In this document: one piece after another, positions 1 to 10,243 of the stretch
How positions within the stretch are numbered: position 1 is the first letter of the stretch
Layout of the letters: the number at the start of each line of letters is the position of its first letter
Source: Candidatus Latescibacterota bacterium
Lineage (GTDB): Bacteria > Latescibacterota > UBA2968
Length of the DNA stretch: 64,000 nucleotides
Direction of reading: 5' to 3'
Assembly (NCBI GenBank): GCA_965204745.1
Contig: OZ242010.1
Location: 2,720,001-2,784,000, forward strand
Position numbers and translations under genes: made by a program
Notes under the pieces: generated by a model
The model's database searches: none
The model's input: only the letters and a program-made list of their open reading frames with translations
Told to the model about the DNA's origin: nothing

Positions 1-555
1 GCCAATCCAGTTGGATACCTTTTTTCCAAAACCACTTTGAGCTTTGGATTCATCTCGGATTTTGTCCGTCTCGCTCAATTTGCTTAACCGGCCTTCTGCC
101 CACTCGCCCACGGGCAACATGACCGCCTCTTGATACATGTTGAATTTCCGATTTTTGTTGAATTGCAAGCAACGTTCCCATGCGTCGCGGAATCGATTGG
201 GCCATTTCCCGGGGTAACAGTTTTTTTTGTGCCAGATAAATTCCTCGGTCCACAACCACCCCTGTTCGCGCATCGCCAAAATGAGTGCCAAGACATAGGT
301 GTGTCGCTCCCCATTGACCGCTTTCTCCTTGATATTCAAAATGAATGTGCCCGTGGGTTTCAAAACCCGGATCATCTCTCGCGTTCTGGGCAAAAACCAC
401 GCCACATAATCATCCGGCTTAATACCGCCATAAGTATTTTCACGGCTGTCGGCATACGGGGGAGAGGTGACGATCAAATCAAACCGGTTGTCTGGCATTT
501 CCGAAAGCACGTCCAGACAATCCCCCAAGCGAATATCGGTCTTCAATTCTGCCAC
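1..555 (-). CDS. DNA methyltransferase, N4/N6 beta class (3' end runs off the window)
   Basis: Not in the ORF track. Manual translation from GTG at 555 (RBS AAGGAGG upstream) gives MAELKTDIRLGDCLDVLSEMPDNRFDLIVTSPPY...RVLKPTG...IWHK; the frame is open to position 1. Confidence 0.88.
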   Translation of the reverse strand, partial: MAELKTDIRLGDCLDVLSEMPDNRFDLIVTSPPYADSRENTYGGIKPDDYVAWFLPRTREMIRVLKPTGTFILNIKEKAVNGERHTYVLALILAMREQGWLWTEEFIWHKKNCYPGKWPNRFRDAWERCLQFNKNRKFNMYQEAVMLPVGEWAEGRLSKLSETDKIRDESKAQSGFGKKVSNWIG

Positions 556-584
556 CAAAACCTCCTTGAATCGCACCGATCTAC

Positions 585-2705
585 TTAGACGAACCGCAAC
601 AGATTTAACGGATGCCAGACCGCGTGGGCCGTGCCTTCTGACAGGTGGAGGGCGCACACGCTGCTTTCCGTGACAATGGCCTCCACGTCCGCGTCTTTGA
701 ATCCCTCGAAGAGCGGCTCGCCAACGGCCTGTGACAAGTCGTAGCCGAGGGGCCCGGCTTTTAGGCCAAATGTGCCCGCCATCCCGCAGCAAGTGCCGGT
801 TTCGATGAGCGCGACTTCTGCGCCGCGGGCGCGCAAAAATGCCATCGCGTGTTCGCCCGCGCCCAAGGGCCGTTGGTGACAAGGGATGTGGAAGCCAAAT
901 TTGCGCCCGGCCAGGGCATCGCGTTCACCTGCGGCAACATCGCCTTTGAGCAGGGATAAAAACTCGAAAAACTCAAACGTGTGATCGGCAACCGCAACCG
1001 CGTCTTCGGCTTTGTCGAGCAACTTGGGATATGAAATTTTCAGGCAGTACGCGGCGGTCGGCTCCGTGGCGACCACCTCGTACCCCTGTTCGACATAAGG
1101 CGCGAGAAAATCCACATTCTCGCGTGCGACCTCGCGCGCCTTTTTCAGATCGCCATATCCGATATAGGGATACCCACACCCCTGTTGCCGCGGGATAATG
1201 ACCTCGCAACCGCGTGCCTCCAAGCATTCAATCGCGGCCATGCCCAAATCGGGGTCATTGTAATTGGCGAATAAATCCGTGAAAAACGCCACCTTTCGCA
1301 CCGGATTTGCAACGGGCGACGGCCCGCGCTTTGCAAAGCGTTTCACGAGGGTCTTGCGGCTGAAGTTGGGCAACTGCCGCCGCCGGTCGATCCCCATCGC
1401 CTTTTCCATTGCCCAGCGCACCCAGGCATTGCCCATCAGCCAGTTGGACACGGGCGCGGTCAAACTGCCCATCTTCGCCGCCCTTTCCGCGGCCATCAGC
1501 ATCTTGTTCACGCGCGGATGCGGATTGACTTCGCTGTCTCGGTCTTTGACCCCGGCGATCATCATCGGGATGTCGATCTCGGCCGGGCAGATCTCCTTGC
1601 ACAACCCGCACGAAATGCACAGGGGCGCGAAATCGCCCGCCTTATCCAAGCCGTGAACCTCGGATGTCCAAGGTATGCCGATGGGGCCGGGATAGATGTG
1701 CCCAAACGCATGCCCGCCCACCACGCCATAGGTCGGGCAGATGTTCATACACGCGCCGCAGCGAATGCAGTTGAGCGCGTCTGAAAACAGGGGGTCTTCC
1801 TGCATCGCGGAACGCCCATTGTCCAAAATGATGATGTGCGATTCCCGCGGCGTTTTGCCATCGATCCCCAACGGCGACCTGCCCCCCATCCACGTCACAT
1901 AAGTCGTCGTGTGCTGCCCGACCGCGCTGACCGGATGCGCCAACATCATCATGATGGCATCGTCTGTGGTCTCCACCACTTTTTCGCGCCCCATAATGCA
2001 GATATGCACATCCGGAATGCTCGACACCAGACGGGCATTGCCCTCGTTGGTCTCGATCAAAATCGCGCCGGATTCGGCAACGCCCACATTCGCCCCGGTC
2101 ATGCCGATATCCGCAGTCAAAAAAATCGGGCGCAGGTATTGGCGCACCACTTTCATAATCGCATCCACGTCGTGGGGCACGCCCTCGCCGGTCTCTTTCT
2201 CGAAAATCTCGGCGACTTCGACCGCGGTCTTATGCACGGCGGGAAAGACGAGATGGAACGGTTTTTCATGCACCTTTTGGATGATCAACTCGCCGAGATC
2301 CGTCTCGATGACCTCCATGCCCGCGTCCTCTATCGGGTGGTTGACCTCGATCTCCTCGCTCGTCAGGGATTTTGATTTGGCCACGGTCTTGGCGTTCTTC
2401 TCCGCGGCGAGTTTCAAAATATAGTCGATAGCCGCGGCCCCGTCTTCTGCGAGAAAGACCTTGGCCCCGCGCGCCTCGACTCGCGCCGCGAATCGATTGA
2501 CCAAATCGTCCAATGTCGCGGTGCATCGCACTTTGATCTCGCGCACCGCTTTGCGAAACGCCTCGCCTTGGGGCAACATCCCAATCGCTGCCCGCCGCGA
2601 ATCCCGCGCCCGCTTGACCGCGTTGTAGAGCTGATCGCGCTTCGGCTTTTCCCGCAACGCCGTTTCTATCTTCGCGTACAAATTTTCATACCGTCGACTC
2701 GCCAT
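585..2705 (-). CDS. lutB: LutB/LUD-domain lactate utilisation Fe-S protein fused to C-terminal CCG (GlpC-like) domains
   Basis: KSKS..EEI, ETDLGE, NEGN motifs; CIRCGACMNICP and CISCGLCKEICP 4Fe-4S motifs; CCG motif. ATG at 2705 follows GGAGG. Confidence 0.8.
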   Translation of the reverse strand: MASRRYENLYAKIETALREKPKRDQLYNAVKRARDSRRAAIGMLPQGEAFRKAVREIKVRCTATLDDLVNRFAARVEARGAKVFLAEDGAAAIDYILKLAAEKNAKTVAKSKSLTSEEIEVNHPIEDAGMEVIETDLGELIIQKVHEKPFHLVFPAVHKTAVEVAEIFEKETGEGVPHDVDAIMKVVRQYLRPIFLTADIGMTGANVGVAESGAILIETNEGNARLVSSIPDVHICIMGREKVVETTDDAIMMMLAHPVSAVGQHTTTYVTWMGGRSPLGIDGKTPRESHIIILDNGRSAMQEDPLFSDALNCIRCGACMNICPTYGVVGGHAFGHIYPGPIGIPWTSEVHGLDKAGDFAPLCISCGLCKEICPAEIDIPMMIAGVKDRDSEVNPHPRVNKMLMAAERAAKMGSLTAPVSNWLMGNAWVRWAMEKAMGIDRRRQLPNFSRKTLVKRFAKRGPSPVANPVRKVAFFTDLFANYNDPDLGMAAIECLEARGCEVIIPRQQGCGYPYIGYGDLKKAREVARENVDFLAPYVEQGYEVVATEPTAAYCLKISYPKLLDKAEDAVAVADHTFEFFEFLSLLKGDVAAGERDALAGRKFGFHIPCHQRPLGAGEHAMAFLRARGAEVALIETGTCCGMAGTFGLKAGPLGYDLSQAVGEPLFEGFKDADVEAIVTESSVCALHLSEGTAHAVWHPLNLLRFV

Positions 2706-2792
2706 ATCGAATCCTCCAAAGAACGGAACGGACCACTGACCGCTTATTATACCGATTTCAATCCCCAGTTGGAAGTCAAAATTTTTCACTGT

Positions 2793-3857
2793 TCAGCGCA
2801 GGCATTCGGAGAGAACCGAGAGGATTTCCGCGACTGCGTCTCGGTCGCGCCACTCGGCCATGGATCGGCAAAGCACATCGCTTTGTGCGCGGAGATCGCG
2901 GATGGCTTTGCAGAGCGTGGCGGCCGTGAGATCGCCTTCCGAGAGCACGAGGCTGTAACCTGCGCGTTGAAATGCTCGGGCGTTTTCGATTTGATCGCCG
3001 CGACTGGCTTGGCGGGACAAGGGGATCAAGAGCGCGGGCTTTTGCAACGCGAGGAGTTCAAAGAGGGTGGTCGCACCTGCGCGCGAGACGACCCCCTCTG
3101 CTGCGGCAAAAAAATGGGGCAGGTCGTCTGTGGCGTATTCAAATTGCGCGTACCCCTCGGTCTTGCCGAGGGCCGCATCGAGATTGCCCTGCCCACACAG
3201 GTGACAGATTTGGTACTCGGCGAGCAAATCGGGCAGTGCAGCGCGCACCGCCGCGTTCACCGCACGCGACCCCAGGCTGCCCCCCATGATGAGCACAATG
3301 GGTTTTGCCGATGTAAAGCCGCACAGGGCGCGGCCCTTTTGGGCCTTGCCTTGCATGAGTTCTGCGCGCACGGGAATGCCCGTATGAACCGCTTTTTCCG
3401 CGGGCAGGTATTGGGCGGTTTCGGCAAAGGCATGGCAGATGCGGCGGGCAAACGGCAAGGCGAGTTTGTTCGCCAACCCCGGCGTGAGGTCAGACTCGTG
3501 GATGACGACCGGAATGCGCTGCAACCACGCGGCCCATATCATCGGCGGGGTGACGAAGCCCCCCTTGCTAAAGACGATGTCGGGTTTGATGCGGGACAGG
3601 AGGAACAGGGATTTGAGAAATCCGAGTTTGATGCGAAAGATGTCCGTAAAATTTTGCCAGGCGAGATAGCGGCGGAGTTTGCCTGCGGGCACGGCAGAAT
3701 AGGGAAGGCCTTCGCGGGCGATCAGCTTTTGCTCAATGCCGTCTCGCGTGCCGATGTAGTGCATGTCATAACCGGCCGCGCGCAACCTTGGCAACAACGC
3801 GATATTGGGGGTAACGTGCCCGGCCGTACCCCCGCCAATGAGAACGATAGTCGGCAA
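2793..3857 (-). CDS. murG: MurG UDP-GlcNAc:lipid I GlcNAc transferase
   Basis: GGGTAGHVTP, KGGFV, HESD, GGSLGS, SRAGATT, DQIENA motifs; TTG start after AGGAGG. Confidence 0.93.
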   Translation of the reverse strand: MPTIVLIGGGTAGHVTPNIALLPRLRAAGYDMHYIGTRDGIEQKLIAREGLPYSAVPAGKLRRYLAWQNFTDIFRIKLGFLKSLFLLSRIKPDIVFSKGGFVTPPMIWAAWLQRIPVVIHESDLTPGLANKLALPFARRICHAFAETAQYLPAEKAVHTGIPVRAELMQGKAQKGRALCGFTSAKPIVLIMGGSLGSRAVNAAVRAALPDLLAEYQICHLCGQGNLDAALGKTEGYAQFEYATDDLPHFFAAAEGVVSRAGATTLFELLALQKPALLIPLSRQASRGDQIENARAFQRAGYSLVLSEGDLTAATLCKAIRDLRAQSDVLCRSMAEWRDRDAVAEILSVLSECLR

Positions 3858-3929
3858 AAATGCCTCCTGTGCGCGATTTGAAAATGACAAAAAATATAGC
3901 GAGGATGCGAAAAATGTTCCACGACGATA

Positions 3930-3958
3930 TTGCAAAAAATCCGATTATACGCTATATT
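3930..3958 (+). promoter_or_regulatory. Putative sigma70 promoter
   Basis: TTGCAA-17 bp-TATATT upstream of the gene at 4018. Confidence 0.4.
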
Positions 3959-4017
3959 TTGTTTGAAAACGCAATCCCATGTGAACCCATCGCTATTTTA
4001 AAAGAAAGGAGCGATCT

Positions 4018-4809
4018 ATGGTGACATTCAGCGATGAAGAATTGATTGACGTGTTCAGCCGGCAATTACCCGATCTATTAGAACGCCGCCCAGAACTCGA
4101 GCCGGTGATTTTCCAGGGGTTCTTGAAAGCGTTCGTGCGCCGCGAAGAACTGGCCGTGATCTTGGACGAATTGCGCGAGTTGCGCGCTGAGGTCGATCAA
4201 CGCTTTGAGCAAGTCGATCAACGTTTCGAGCAAGTCGATCAACGCTTTGAACAAGTCGATCAACGCCTTGAGCGAGCAGAGGGAGCGACAAATGCCTTGC
4301 GCGCAGAGATGAACCAACGTTTCGAGCAAGTCGATCAACGCTTCGAACAGATGGAAAAAAAGATAGAGGCGTTTCGCAAAGAGATGGATCAGCGTTTCGA
4401 GGAGGTGGAAGCGCGTATGGTTGACCTCGAGTTCGGACTCCATCAGGCCATTGATCGACTGGGATCGCGCTGGGGAATCCGCAATGAAATCGTGTTTCGC
4501 AAGACCATTGCCACATTGCTTGAGGAATCCTTTGGGGTTGAGGTCGAGCAACGCGTCATCGAGGGCGAACAATTCGACGTCGTCATTTACGACCATCAGC
4601 ATATCCTTATCGAAATCGCCGCGAGCGTGGGGCGCACCATTGGAGAGCGTCTGGAACGCAAGCGTCTTCTGTACACCAAGTCCACCGGAATCGAACCCAC
4701 GCGGATCATTCTGGCCACGGCGGATATCCACAGCCACCGGGCGCAAGTCCTGCGCGATAAGGGCATTGAGGTCATCGAACCCGAAGAACCCGACTATAGC
4801 AAAATTTGA
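4018..4809 (+). CDS. Coiled-coil heptad-repeat protein with C-terminal PD-(D/E)XK-like domain (DUF3782-like)
   Basis: VDQRFEQ repeats encoded by 21-bp units; LGSRWG; FDVVI...IEI nuclease-like motif; RBS AAGGAG. Confidence 0.7.
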   Translation: MVTFSDEELIDVFSRQLPDLLERRPELEPVIFQGFLKAFVRREELAVILDELRELRAEVDQRFEQVDQRFEQVDQRFEQVDQRLERAEGATNALRAEMNQRFEQVDQRFEQMEKKIEAFRKEMDQRFEEVEARMVDLEFGLHQAIDRLGSRWGIRNEIVFRKTIATLLEESFGVEVEQRVIEGEQFDVVIYDHQHILIEIAASVGRTIGERLERKRLLYTKSTGIEPTRIILATADIHSHRAQVLRDKGIEVIEPEEPDYSKI

Positions 4810-4944
4810 CGGGGATATACTCGCAACGTTGGGATATTTATGTCCAATGGCGGATAGAGACACCCGAAGTCATCACCGTATGGCTTCGGGTGTTTTGCTT
4901 TTATCGTCATATCGGCGAATCGACGGAAAGGTGTACAGCGGATC

Positions 4945-5156
4945 GCCTTTTGGGCGGCTGGGCGGCCTTCTTCCCTCTTGCGTCTCACCTCTTACCGCTT
5001 TGGGCGGCCCTCTTCCCTCTTGCGTCTCACCTTTTGTGCCTTTTGTGCTTTTGAACTGGCTATCGCCAGTTGTACCCCGCTCGTGGCTAAAATCCCATCT
5101 TGTATCTCACGTCTCACCTTTTACCGCTTTGGGCGGCTGGGCAGGGACTGACCACT
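4945..5156. repeat. Composite intergenic repeat block between convergent genes
   Basis: Duplicated CTTCCCTCTTGCGTCTCACCT, repeated TTTGGGCGGC, hairpin GAACTGGCTATCGCCAGTTGTACCCCGCTCGTG, and GGGCAGGGACTGACCACT. Confidence 0.65.
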
Positions 5157-5253
5157 ATTCTCAGTTGCTCGATCGTCGTTTTCGCAAACGTCTCTGTGGG
5201 GTCAAAGATGCGTTGTTTTGAGAGAATTTCGCCCGCGAATATTGAAGACCCAA

Positions 5254-6828
5254 TTACCCCCGCTTTTGCGCGATGAGCAGAAAATTCCACGCATCGCTCT
5301 CCACGCGGTGCAAGCGATCTAAAAACGACGCGCCGAGTTGGATAAAGAAAAAGCCAATTCGCACAAAAGGGATGAGAGGCCCGCGGTCAAATCGCGCCAA
5401 ATAATAGCAGAATCGCGCCCCGGCCGTGACCCAAAATCCCGCGAGTGCGTGGGTTTTGCAGATGGCGAGACCCGCCCGTTCCGCGAGATGGCGCAGGCCG
5501 TAGGGCGTAAAGCGAAAATAATCGTGCGGGACTTCGTGCAAGCCCCAAATATGCGGCGCGGTGACGATGAGGTAGCCCCCGGGGCGCAACACGCGCGCCA
5601 TTTCATCCATTGCGACTTGCGGCTCGGGAACGTGTTCCAAAACCTGATTGCACAATGCGGTATCGAAGGCGCGGTCCCGAAACGGAAGGGCGAGCGCATC
5701 GCCCCACACATCGACCTGTTCGTATCGCCCGCGACTTTTTTCCAAGCCGATGTAGTGTTGCACATACCCCTCAAAGATGGCGGCATAAGGTTTGTTGCCG
5801 CATCCCACATCGAGCAATCGTCCGCTCGCCAGTCCCTTCACCTCGTCCATCGCCTGCCGCATGATGCGGTGGATCAACCAGTTTTTCCCGAAAACCGGGC
5901 GCCCATCGCGTCTATCGCCTTCCATAGCCACGCGGGAGAGGCCGAGCCACGCGACGCTTGCGAGGCATAACGCGCCGAGGCACGCGAGCCAATACCCAAA
6001 GGCGACCGCAATGCTCAACGCGCATACGACGAGGCCCGCCAACCACATCAGGGCGACCGCAACGCGCACGGACAGGCCGCATTGCACCAACCGCTGGGCG
6101 ACGTGATCGCGGCTCGGTCGTACAATAGAACGGCCTTTGGCAAATCGCATCGCGCTGATGAACAATGCCTCAAAAGTGGGGACGCCCAGCGCGATGAACG
6201 GCGCGACAACGCCGCTGATACCGCCCGCCCGATTGACGACTGCAACGCCCATGCTGCTCAACAAAAAGCCGAACAACAGGCTTCCGGCATCCCCCATGTA
6301 GATGCGTGCGGGGTGGATGTTGTGCGCCAAATAGCCCCACAACGCGCCCGCTACCACCAGTGCCCAATGGCCCGCGCCCATCAGGTACAAGGTCAGGGAT
6401 GCAATGACGCCGATGCCCGCCGACAGGCCGTCTGCCATGTCCAGCACATTGAACGCATGGCACATCCACACCAGCCACAGAACGGTCAACGCGCCATCGA
6501 TCCAGACGACCTCGGCGAGATGGATGCGATGCCCTAGGCCTGTGGCGATGCCCGCAACCGCGAGGGTCAAAGCGAATTTGTGCAGGGGAGGGAACGGGCG
6601 CCAGTCGTCCACGAAGCCGATCAGGGCCATCCCCAAGGCGCCCACAGCGAGCCCTTGCGGGAGCGCGGCAAAGGGAAAAACACAAAAAAGAGCGGCCAGC
6701 AAAGCTGGACCGCCCAACGTGGAGACCGGCACCCCAAACCGGCGCGTGCGTTTTGCAATCAGACGCGCGAGTGCCACAAACAAAATCGCCAGAATCGCAG
6801 AAACGTGAAATATGATATTGGGCGTCAA
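5254..6828 (-). CDS. WecA/MraY-type (GT4) polyprenyl-phosphate sugar-1-phosphate transferase fused to a class I SAM methyltransferase
   Basis: GFVDD, NVLDMADGL, IYMGDAGS, RDH in the membrane part; LLDVGCG, VLEHV, RVLRPGG in the C-terminal part. TTG start overlaps the DegT stop; the upstream extension in the ORF track is spurious. Confidence 0.8.
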   Translation of the reverse strand: MTPNIIFHVSAILAILFVALARLIAKRTRRFGVPVSTLGGPALLAALFCVFPFAALPQGLAVGALGMALIGFVDDWRPFPPLHKFALTLAVAGIATGLGHRIHLAEVVWIDGALTVLWLVWMCHAFNVLDMADGLSAGIGVIASLTLYLMGAGHWALVVAGALWGYLAHNIHPARIYMGDAGSLLFGFLLSSMGVAVVNRAGGISGVVAPFIALGVPTFEALFISAMRFAKGRSIVRPSRDHVAQRLVQCGLSVRVAVALMWLAGLVVCALSIAVAFGYWLACLGALCLASVAWLGLSRVAMEGDRRDGRPVFGKNWLIHRIMRQAMDEVKGLASGRLLDVGCGNKPYAAIFEGYVQHYIGLEKSRGRYEQVDVWGDALALPFRDRAFDTALCNQVLEHVPEPQVAMDEMARVLRPGGYLIVTAPHIWGLHEVPHDYFRFTPYGLRHLAERAGLAICKTHALAGFWVTAGARFCYYLARFDRGPLIPFVRIGFFFIQLGASFLDRLHRVESDAWNFLLIAQKRG

Positions 6829-7949
6829 GACATACCTTCGGGTTGAAAGTCTCGTACCGCGGCGATGACGCGCTCGAGTTCGCTTTGGGTCATGCTCGGG
6901 AACATGGGCAGGGTTATCAGTTGGGGCCACAGCGCGTCTGTGACCGGCAACGCCGTGCGGTAGGGGCGATACACGTCGAAGAGGTGGCAGGGTTTGTAAT
7001 GCACGCCCGAATCTATGCCGCGCTGTTCCAAGTGGTCGATGAGGCCGTCGCGCTGGGATGTGCGCGCTACATAGGCGTGCATCGCGCTGCGAACATCCGC
7101 TCGTTCCGTGGGCGTTTGCAACCAGTCGAGCGCGGCAAAGGCGCGTTCGTATTGCAAAAAGATCTCTCTGCGCTGGGCATTGGCGGATTCCAATTTGCCG
7201 AGTTGCACCAAGCCGATAGCCGCGTTGAGGTCGTTCATGTAGCATTTGTACCCGAGCTCGCCCACCTCGTATTCCCACCGCCGTGCCGTGCCGTTTTTCC
7301 GAAACCGGTCGTACGTGCCGCGGGAAATGCCCATCCAGCGCAATTTGCGTGCGCGATCCGCCAGGGCCGGGTCATTGGTGGTCAGGATCCCGCCGTCGCC
7401 GGTGGACAGGTTTTTGCGCGCGTCAAAGCTGAAGCACGTCAGGGTGCCCATGCCGCCGATCATGCGGTCTTTGTAGCGCGCCCCGCAGGCGTGTGCCGCA
7501 TCTTCCACGACGGGAATCCCGTGCGAATTTGCGAGGGCTAAGATCGCGTCCATGTCGCAGGGGTGTCCGGCAAAATGCACGACCATGATGGCGCGGGTGC
7601 GCGGGGTGATGCGCGCCGCTATGGCTTTGGGGTCGATGTTCAGGGTTTGCGGGTCGATGTCGCAAAACACGGGCGTGGCCTGATTTTGCAAAATGGCGTG
7701 GTTGGTCGAGACAAAGGTCATGGGCGTGGTGATGACCTCGCCACCTGCCACGTCGAGCGTTTTTAGGGCCAGCAAGAGCGCGGCAGAACACGAATTGACC
7801 GAGACCGCGTGGGACGCGCCGACGTAATGGGCAAATCGGGCTTCGAGTTCTTCGACCTTTTGCCCGGGGCCGACCCAGCCGGACAACAAGACCTCGCGCA
7901 CGGCTTCGACTTCTGCTTCGTCAAACCAAGGACGAAAAATGGGAATCAT
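6825..7949 (-). CDS. DegT/DnrJ/EryC1/StrS PLP-dependent sugar aminotransferase
   Basis: VEDAAHA and FSFDARKNLSTGDGG (PLP lysine). Confidence 0.92.
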   Translation of the reverse strand: MIPIFRPWFDEAEVEAVREVLLSGWVGPGQKVEELEARFAHYVGASHAVSVNSCSAALLLALKTLDVAGGEVITTPMTFVSTNHAILQNQATPVFCDIDPQTLNIDPKAIAARITPRTRAIMVVHFAGHPCDMDAILALANSHGIPVVEDAAHACGARYKDRMIGGMGTLTCFSFDARKNLSTGDGGILTTNDPALADRARKLRWMGISRGTYDRFRKNGTARRWEYEVGELGYKCYMNDLNAAIGLVQLGKLESANAQRREIFLQYERAFAALDWLQTPTERADVRSAMHAYVARTSQRDGLIDHLEQRGIDSGVHYKPCHLFDVYRPYRTALPVTDALWPQLITLPMFPSMTQSELERVIAAVRDFQPEGMS

Positions 7950-8865
7950 GGACTTCCTCCACTGCACCGCGAGTCAAAACAAACCAATAGGCCCGCAAGC
8001 GCGCACGCGCCTCTGTGCGATAGCTGCGGACGATGAGAAATGCGCCTGCCCACAGCGCGGCGCGCAATGTCATTTCGATGGGGCGCAACGCGAGGAGCAC
8101 GCGCGATGCCCAGTGCCCCAGGTGTTTGCGAATAAAATAGGCATAAGACGCCTCGCTGACCACCAGCATGCGCGCCAAGGCGTGTTTGGCACTCTCGCCG
8201 CCGATGTGCGTGCCCGAGGCGTGTGGCAGGTACACGACTTGCCAGCCCGCGCGGTTGAGGCGCAGGCCCAGATCGACGTCTTCGTAATACATAAAAATGG
8301 CCTCGTCCAATCCATCGACCGCGGCGATGGCGCGGCGTCGCGCGGCAAAACACGCCCCGGTGACCCAATCCACGGGTTCGGGTTTGGCGGGGCTTCGGCG
8401 GCGAAAGTTAAGCAAGGGAAATAGCTTATGCAATAGGAATTTGCGGCAAATTTCACAAGCGAGCTTGGGCGCGTCCCCGCACGAGGCGATGGTGCGGCCG
8501 TCCGCGTCTTTTAGGCGCGGGCCGACCATGCCCACGGCGGGATGCGCGTCTAAAAATGCGATCATCGTTTTGACCGCGGCGGATTGCAGCGCGACGTCCG
8601 GGTTGAGGGCGATGACGATCTCGCTGTCGGACGCGACCAATCCCCGGTTGATGGCGCGGCCAAAACCCAGGTTTTCCCCGGTTTGCACCACGCGCACGCG
8701 ATCCCCGTCCGCGGCGAGGGCTGTTAGACTGTTGTCTGACGAGGCATTATCCACGATGAGGATGTCGAGTGCCACGCCGCGCTGATCGCGCAGGGCCGCG
8801 ACGCATTGGGCGAGACGCGCCCCGGCATTCCAGTTGACGACGATGGCTGTTGCGCGTTTAGGCAT
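7921..8865 (-). CDS. Glycosyltransferase family 2
   Basis: VVNWN, VDNASSD, NLGFG, LNPD, YYEDVD. Confidence 0.9.
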   Translation of the reverse strand: MPKRATAIVVNWNAGARLAQCVAALRDQRGVALDILIVDNASSDNSLTALAADGDRVRVVQTGENLGFGRAINRGLVASDSEIVIALNPDVALQSAAVKTMIAFLDAHPAVGMVGPRLKDADGRTIASCGDAPKLACEICRKFLLHKLFPLLNFRRRSPAKPEPVDWVTGACFAARRRAIAAVDGLDEAIFMYYEDVDLGLRLNRAGWQVVYLPHASGTHIGGESAKHALARMLVVSEASYAYFIRKHLGHWASRVLLALRPIEMTLRAALWAGAFLIVRSYRTEARARLRAYWFVLTRGAVEEVHDSHFSSLV

Positions 8866-10243
8866 GGTCGTTCTCCTGGGCGAACGCGCGGGCGACGAGT
8901 CCCAAAAATGTCGCGTGGATGAAGATCAGCCGATTGGAAAAGAGCGTGGAATCGGCCATGCCGTGGACGAGCAAGGCGGAGTAGATCGCGATAAATGCCG
9001 CGCAAAACAGGCGCGTGCGGGCATGGGCACTCCGTTGAAACAAGCGGTACGCGCAGCGCAGTGCCGCGACATAAACCCACAAAAACGCGGCGATGCCGAT
9101 GACGCCCATTCGCATGCCAATGGTCAAATACACATTGTCAACCCCGCCCACAGTCATCACCTCGGCCCTTGGAAACGTCACCAAAAACGTCACGGTTTGG
9201 CCGTGCCCGCCGCCGAGCAGAGGTCGTTGGCGAATATTTTCCACTGCCTTGCCATACGGCAACAACCGCCCGGCGATGGCTTCCGCGCTTTGCGTCACGC
9301 GATACCCCGCCACATCGCCCAAAGCCGTGCGCGTCTGGCGCTGAAAGACGTAGCCCATGGTCAGCAACAGCAGGGGAATGGCAGATACGACGACAAACCG
9401 CGACAGACGGCGGCCAGTTGCGCGCTCGTCCAACGCGATCAACCCGCCGAGAGCCATCAGCCCCACGAAGATCGAAATCCACATGCTACGCCCCACGGTC
9501 AAAAGCGATGCCAAGCCGATAGGCAGCATGGCGACGCAGGCCCATGCCCGTTTGTACGCGCGCGGTTCATAGGCCAAAATGGTCGCGACGAGCAGGACGC
9601 CCATGGGAAAGACGATGCCCTCGATGCGCGCGACGCGCACAAACCCACCCGCGATATCGGTATCCACCTCGAGAAAGAACTCGACCAAGTACTCGATGCC
9701 GACTATGGCGGCGATGAAGGTGAACAAGTACAAGAAGGTGGAAACGCGGCGCGAATCGAAGAACCACGTCACCGCAAAGAACAGCGCGTAGTACAGGGGA
9801 TAGCGCACGTCTCGCAGCATCTGCGAAACCGATTGCCCGTATATCAGGCCGATTACGCACGAGAAGACCACCAGGCCGAGCAAGACGCACATCGGGCGAT
9901 CCAATGCGGTGTGCTGTCGCCAATTCCATCGGCCTTCGGAGAAATACGCGAGGCCGGCCAGGCCCATGACGAGCGCGAAAAGCCCCTCGTAGAATTTGAA
10001 ATCCAGCGGCAAGAGGAGATAATCTTCGTAAAACCAGGTGGGCACGACCGCGGCCACAAAGCACAAGTAGAGTACGGACAGGGTGATCGACCCGAACAGC
10101 GCGACCAAAGAGATCAGGGCCAACACGCAGATCACCGGGAGGATTGTCGAGATGAAAAAGGACGCGGCGATCAATGCGAGTTGCAAGGCACAGACGGCCC
10201 ACAACAAGGGCGCGTGGCGCGGATGGATGGCTTCAGCACGCAT
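8858..10243 (-). CDS. O-antigen ligase/polymerase-like membrane protein
   Basis: About 12 hydrophobic segments; RPLLGGGHG...DNVYL...MGVIG pattern typical of Wzy_C. Confidence 0.7.
   Translation of the reverse strand: MRAEAIHPRHAPLLWAVCALQLALIAASFFISTILPVICVLALISLVALFGSITLSVLYLCFVAAVVPTWFYEDYLLLPLDFKFYEGLFALVMGLAGLAYFSEGRWNWRQHTALDRPMCVLLGLVVFSCVIGLIYGQSVSQMLRDVRYPLYYALFFAVTWFFDSRRVSTFLYLFTFIAAIVGIEYLVEFFLEVDTDIAGGFVRVARIEGIVFPMGVLLVATILAYEPRAYKRAWACVAMLPIGLASLLTVGRSMWISIFVGLMALGGLIALDERATGRRLSRFVVVSAIPLLLLTMGYVFQRQTRTALGDVAGYRVTQSAEAIAGRLLPYGKAVENIRQRPLLGGGHGQTVTFLVTFPRAEVMTVGGVDNVYLTIGMRMGVIGIAAFLWVYVAALRCAYRLFQRSAHARTRLFCAAFIAIYSALLVHGMADSTLFSNRLIFIHATFLGLVARAFAQENDHA

Noticed and set aside
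2568-3881. Long antisense or alternate-frame ORFs (2568-3881, 8834-10264, 18186-19694, 27974-29209, 31406-32761, 55558-56709 and similar)
   Set aside because: Shadows of well-supported genes in GC-rich DNA; no motifs or ribosome-binding sites.
6829-7278. N-terminal 150 aa of ORF 5254-7278
   Set aside because: Overlaps the DegT gene in another frame; the real start is the TTG at 6828.
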